A stretch of 17,177 nt of DNA from a virus (Duplodnaviria; Heunggongvirae; Uroviricota; Caudoviricetes). Of the stretch, positions 15,512 through 17,177 are shown piece by piece. Each line of letters starts with the position of its first letter. The stretch's first letter is position 1. The notes beneath the pieces are model-generated. The model was not told the DNA's origin, made no database searches, and saw only the letters and a program-made list of their open reading frames with translations. A program made the translations under genes and the position numbers. The DNA lies in IMG/VR virus record IMGVR_UViG_2671181056_000008, positions 1-17,177 of that record. The stretch is one strand, 5' to 3'.

Positions 15512-16321
15512 TCATCCAATAGTGTACTCCGCGACAAACTTCTTAACGATCGGTGATTCTTCGTTCAATGTTAGATTTCCACCGTCTCTAACGGCAATTC
15601 CTGTAGCTGGAAATACAGCCATCATTTGCCCAGCCTGAGTTGACGCAGTGTTAAGCGGATACGGTTTTTCTGGATTGCTCATTAAAGCAATCTTAATACT
15701 ATTACTTGTAGCCTTCTTTTCTGTAAGAAGGTGTCTCATGGAAATTACCGTGTAAACACTAATATCTGGACCTCCGCTAAACCAATTAAGAAGGTTTAAT
15801 ATCTTATCCTTCGCTTTGACAGGCGCGTTTTCGTAAGCGTCTAAGAAAATATCTTTTTCTAAGCCTGCTTTATTGAAAAACGAATCATCTTTATCACTTA
15901 AAGTAAAACTAGGACCTCTTGCAGCACGAGTTTTTTTATTTGTATTGCTATCATTTGACTGTTGAACTTTTAATTCATCATTAACCTCAACACAATCTTC
16001 AACCTCAATGATCCCCAACTGTTCTGGCTCATTTTCGGCAGCTTCACCACTTTCAGCGTTAATTACGTTTATAGGCTCATGCGCTAACTCCAACTCATTT
16101 AAAGCAGAGCTGAAATCACCTGCTTTTTCTTCATTGAACAGTTCTTCGGCAACATCATCAGAACTCATGGCTACGCCAGCATCGAGGCCGAGAAGCAGAT
16201 CGTCAATATCATCAGTATTTTCAACCTGTGCAGCTTTTTTTACTGGTTCATCAAGTGATTGCAACATGGCTGTCAGCTCATCCAGATCATCATTTGTCAT
16301 TACATTTTCAACCGAACTCAT
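15512..16321 (-). CDS. hypothetical protein, 269 aa, strongly acidic N-terminal half
   Basis: ATG at 16321 behind GGAG; first 125 residues carry about 38 Asp/Glu against 3 Lys; C-terminal half is neutral to basic. Confidence 0.6.
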   Translation of the reverse strand: MSSVENVMTNDDLDELTAMLQSLDEPVKKAAQVENTDDIDDLLLGLDAGVAMSSDDVAEELFNEEKAGDFSSALNELELAHEPINVINAESGEAAENEPEQLGIIEVEDCVEVNDELKVQQSNDSNTNKKTRAARGPSFTLSDKDDSFFNKAGLEKDIFLDAYENAPVKAKDKILNLLNWFSGGPDISVYTVISMRHLLTEKKATSNSIKIALMSNPEKPYPLNTASTQAGQMMAVFPATGIAVRDGGNLTLNEESPIVKKFVAEYTIG

Positions 16322-16442
16322 GTAAGTCTCCTTCTGTTTAGTTGCATTTGCGTTTCGATGGCTACATTTTGACTAAACCTATCAGGCGGAAAAGTATTAA
16401 ATACAGGCAGGAAATGATTGAAAGGCGACTGTTCTTTAAAAG

Positions 16443-16480
16443 AAAGCCTGCTTCAAACTCTCTTTAAAGCAGGCTTTTGT
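16443..16480. terminator. rho-independent terminator after the exonuclease gene
   Basis: About 13-bp stem (agcctgcttcaaa / tttaaagcaggct, one mismatch) with 5-nt loop, T-rich on both sides; begins 2 nt after the 16482 stop. Confidence 0.6.
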
Positions 16481-16481
16481 T

Positions 16482-17039
16482 TTACACAATTTCAGAGGGT
16501 AATTTAAAAAATCCGTATTTATTACGTGCCTTAAAGAAGCATTGCATCATTAAGTTTGTGTCATATAAGGCACTATGTGCTTTGGCATGATCGTATATAA
16601 AGCCAAGAGAGAAGGCCAATTCTTCAAGGCGAGGACGTTTACCGTCTTCTGTGGCCCACAATCCCGATAACATAGTATCTATAACGGGAACGTCTGGCAG
16701 TCTTACTCCATACCCTGAAAACTCGTGTCTAATAAATGGTATATCAAACGCTTCGCCGTTATGAGCAACCCACGCACTACATGCCTCCATATAAGCGCCA
16801 ATTTCGCTAGCATGATTTGACAACAAAGGTTCAGCTGCGAGCTGTTCTAATGAAATGCCATGAACGGCTTGAGCTTTCGGATCTATGTTTCTGCGAGGGT
16901 TAAAACGCATCTCCAGACTATCAATATGTCTCTGTGTCTCCAGTTCATAGCGGGTAATTGCGATTTCAATAATTTTATGACCAGCAAGGAAATCCAGTCC
17001 CGTAGACTCGATATCGATGCCTGCAACAATCGTTGTCAT
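16482..17039 (-). CDS. DnaQ-like 3'-5' exonuclease (DEDDh family)
   Basis: 185 aa; Exo I GIDIESTGLD, Exo II HNGEAFDIPF, Exo III HSALYD; ATG at 17039 behind AAGGAG. Confidence 0.85.
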   Translation of the reverse strand: MTTIVAGIDIESTGLDFLAGHKIIEIAITRYELETQRHIDSLEMRFNPRRNIDPKAQAVHGISLEQLAAEPLLSNHASEIGAYMEACSAWVAHNGEAFDIPFIRHEFSGYGVRLPDVPVIDTMLSGLWATEDGKRPRLEELAFSLGFIYDHAKAHSALYDTNLMMQCFFKARNKYGFFKLPSEIV

Positions 17040-17177
17040 CAGAACTCCTTACAACTTCTTAGCGCCCTTAAGTAGTGCGCTACGTACAAATTGAGCCGCT
17101 TTTTTCAAAGTTTCTTCACTGGTTTCACAGACAATCTGAAGTGGTCAACAAAAACTGGCCACCGAGTTAGAGTTTTT

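Noticed and set aside
1932-16325. All plus-strand ORFs in the island (for example 1932..2132, 4005..4436, 5165..5674, 9167..9505, 13245..13520, 16008..16325)
   Set aside because: Each lies antisense within a longer minus-strand gene that has a ribosome-binding site or translational coupling; none has its own start signal.
17052-17177. Possible minus-strand gene running off the right edge, ending ...LLKGAKKL just upstream of the exonuclease gene
   Set aside because: An in-frame TGA at 17145-17147 leaves only 31 codons with no ATG or GTG; at most a weak TTG start, so not reported.
1-17177. CRISPR array, IS element or transposase
   Set aside because: No regularly spaced direct repeats with unique spacers and no terminal inverted repeats flanking a transposase-like ORF; the repeats found are isolated palindromes and gene-junction duplications.

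Overview
The window spans the junction between enterobacterial core chromosome and a prophage-like accessory island. Core: the first 12 codons of metG on the minus strand (1-36) and a complete apbC/mrp on the plus strand (194-1294), divergently arranged. From 1332 to the window end (at least 15.8 kb) every supported gene is on the minus strand, tightly packed, with many overlapping stop/start codons (ATGA, GTGA, TAATG). Recognisable island genes are an arm-less UmuD'-type S24 peptidase behind a LexA box, a small Toprim-domain protein, a DUF551-like protein, two proteins sharing an Ea22-like C-terminus, a small protein with a ClpX-type zinc-binding domain, two N6-adenine DNA methyltransferases, an RNase HI homologue, a DnaQ-like 3'-5' exonuclease and a TerB-like protein; the rest are hypothetical. 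No integrase, tRNA, rRNA, CRISPR array or IS element is visible. Most worth a second look: a 580-bp ORF-free structured region (13737-14317), the ClpX zinc-finger mimic, a TerB-like gene flanked by small membrane peptides (one absent from the ORF track), a recurring palindrome AAACAA-N-TTGTTT in four intergenic regions, and an AT-rich gene split by a frameshift at a (TA)5 tract. All calls are from reading the sequence and recalled family motifs; no database search was run.
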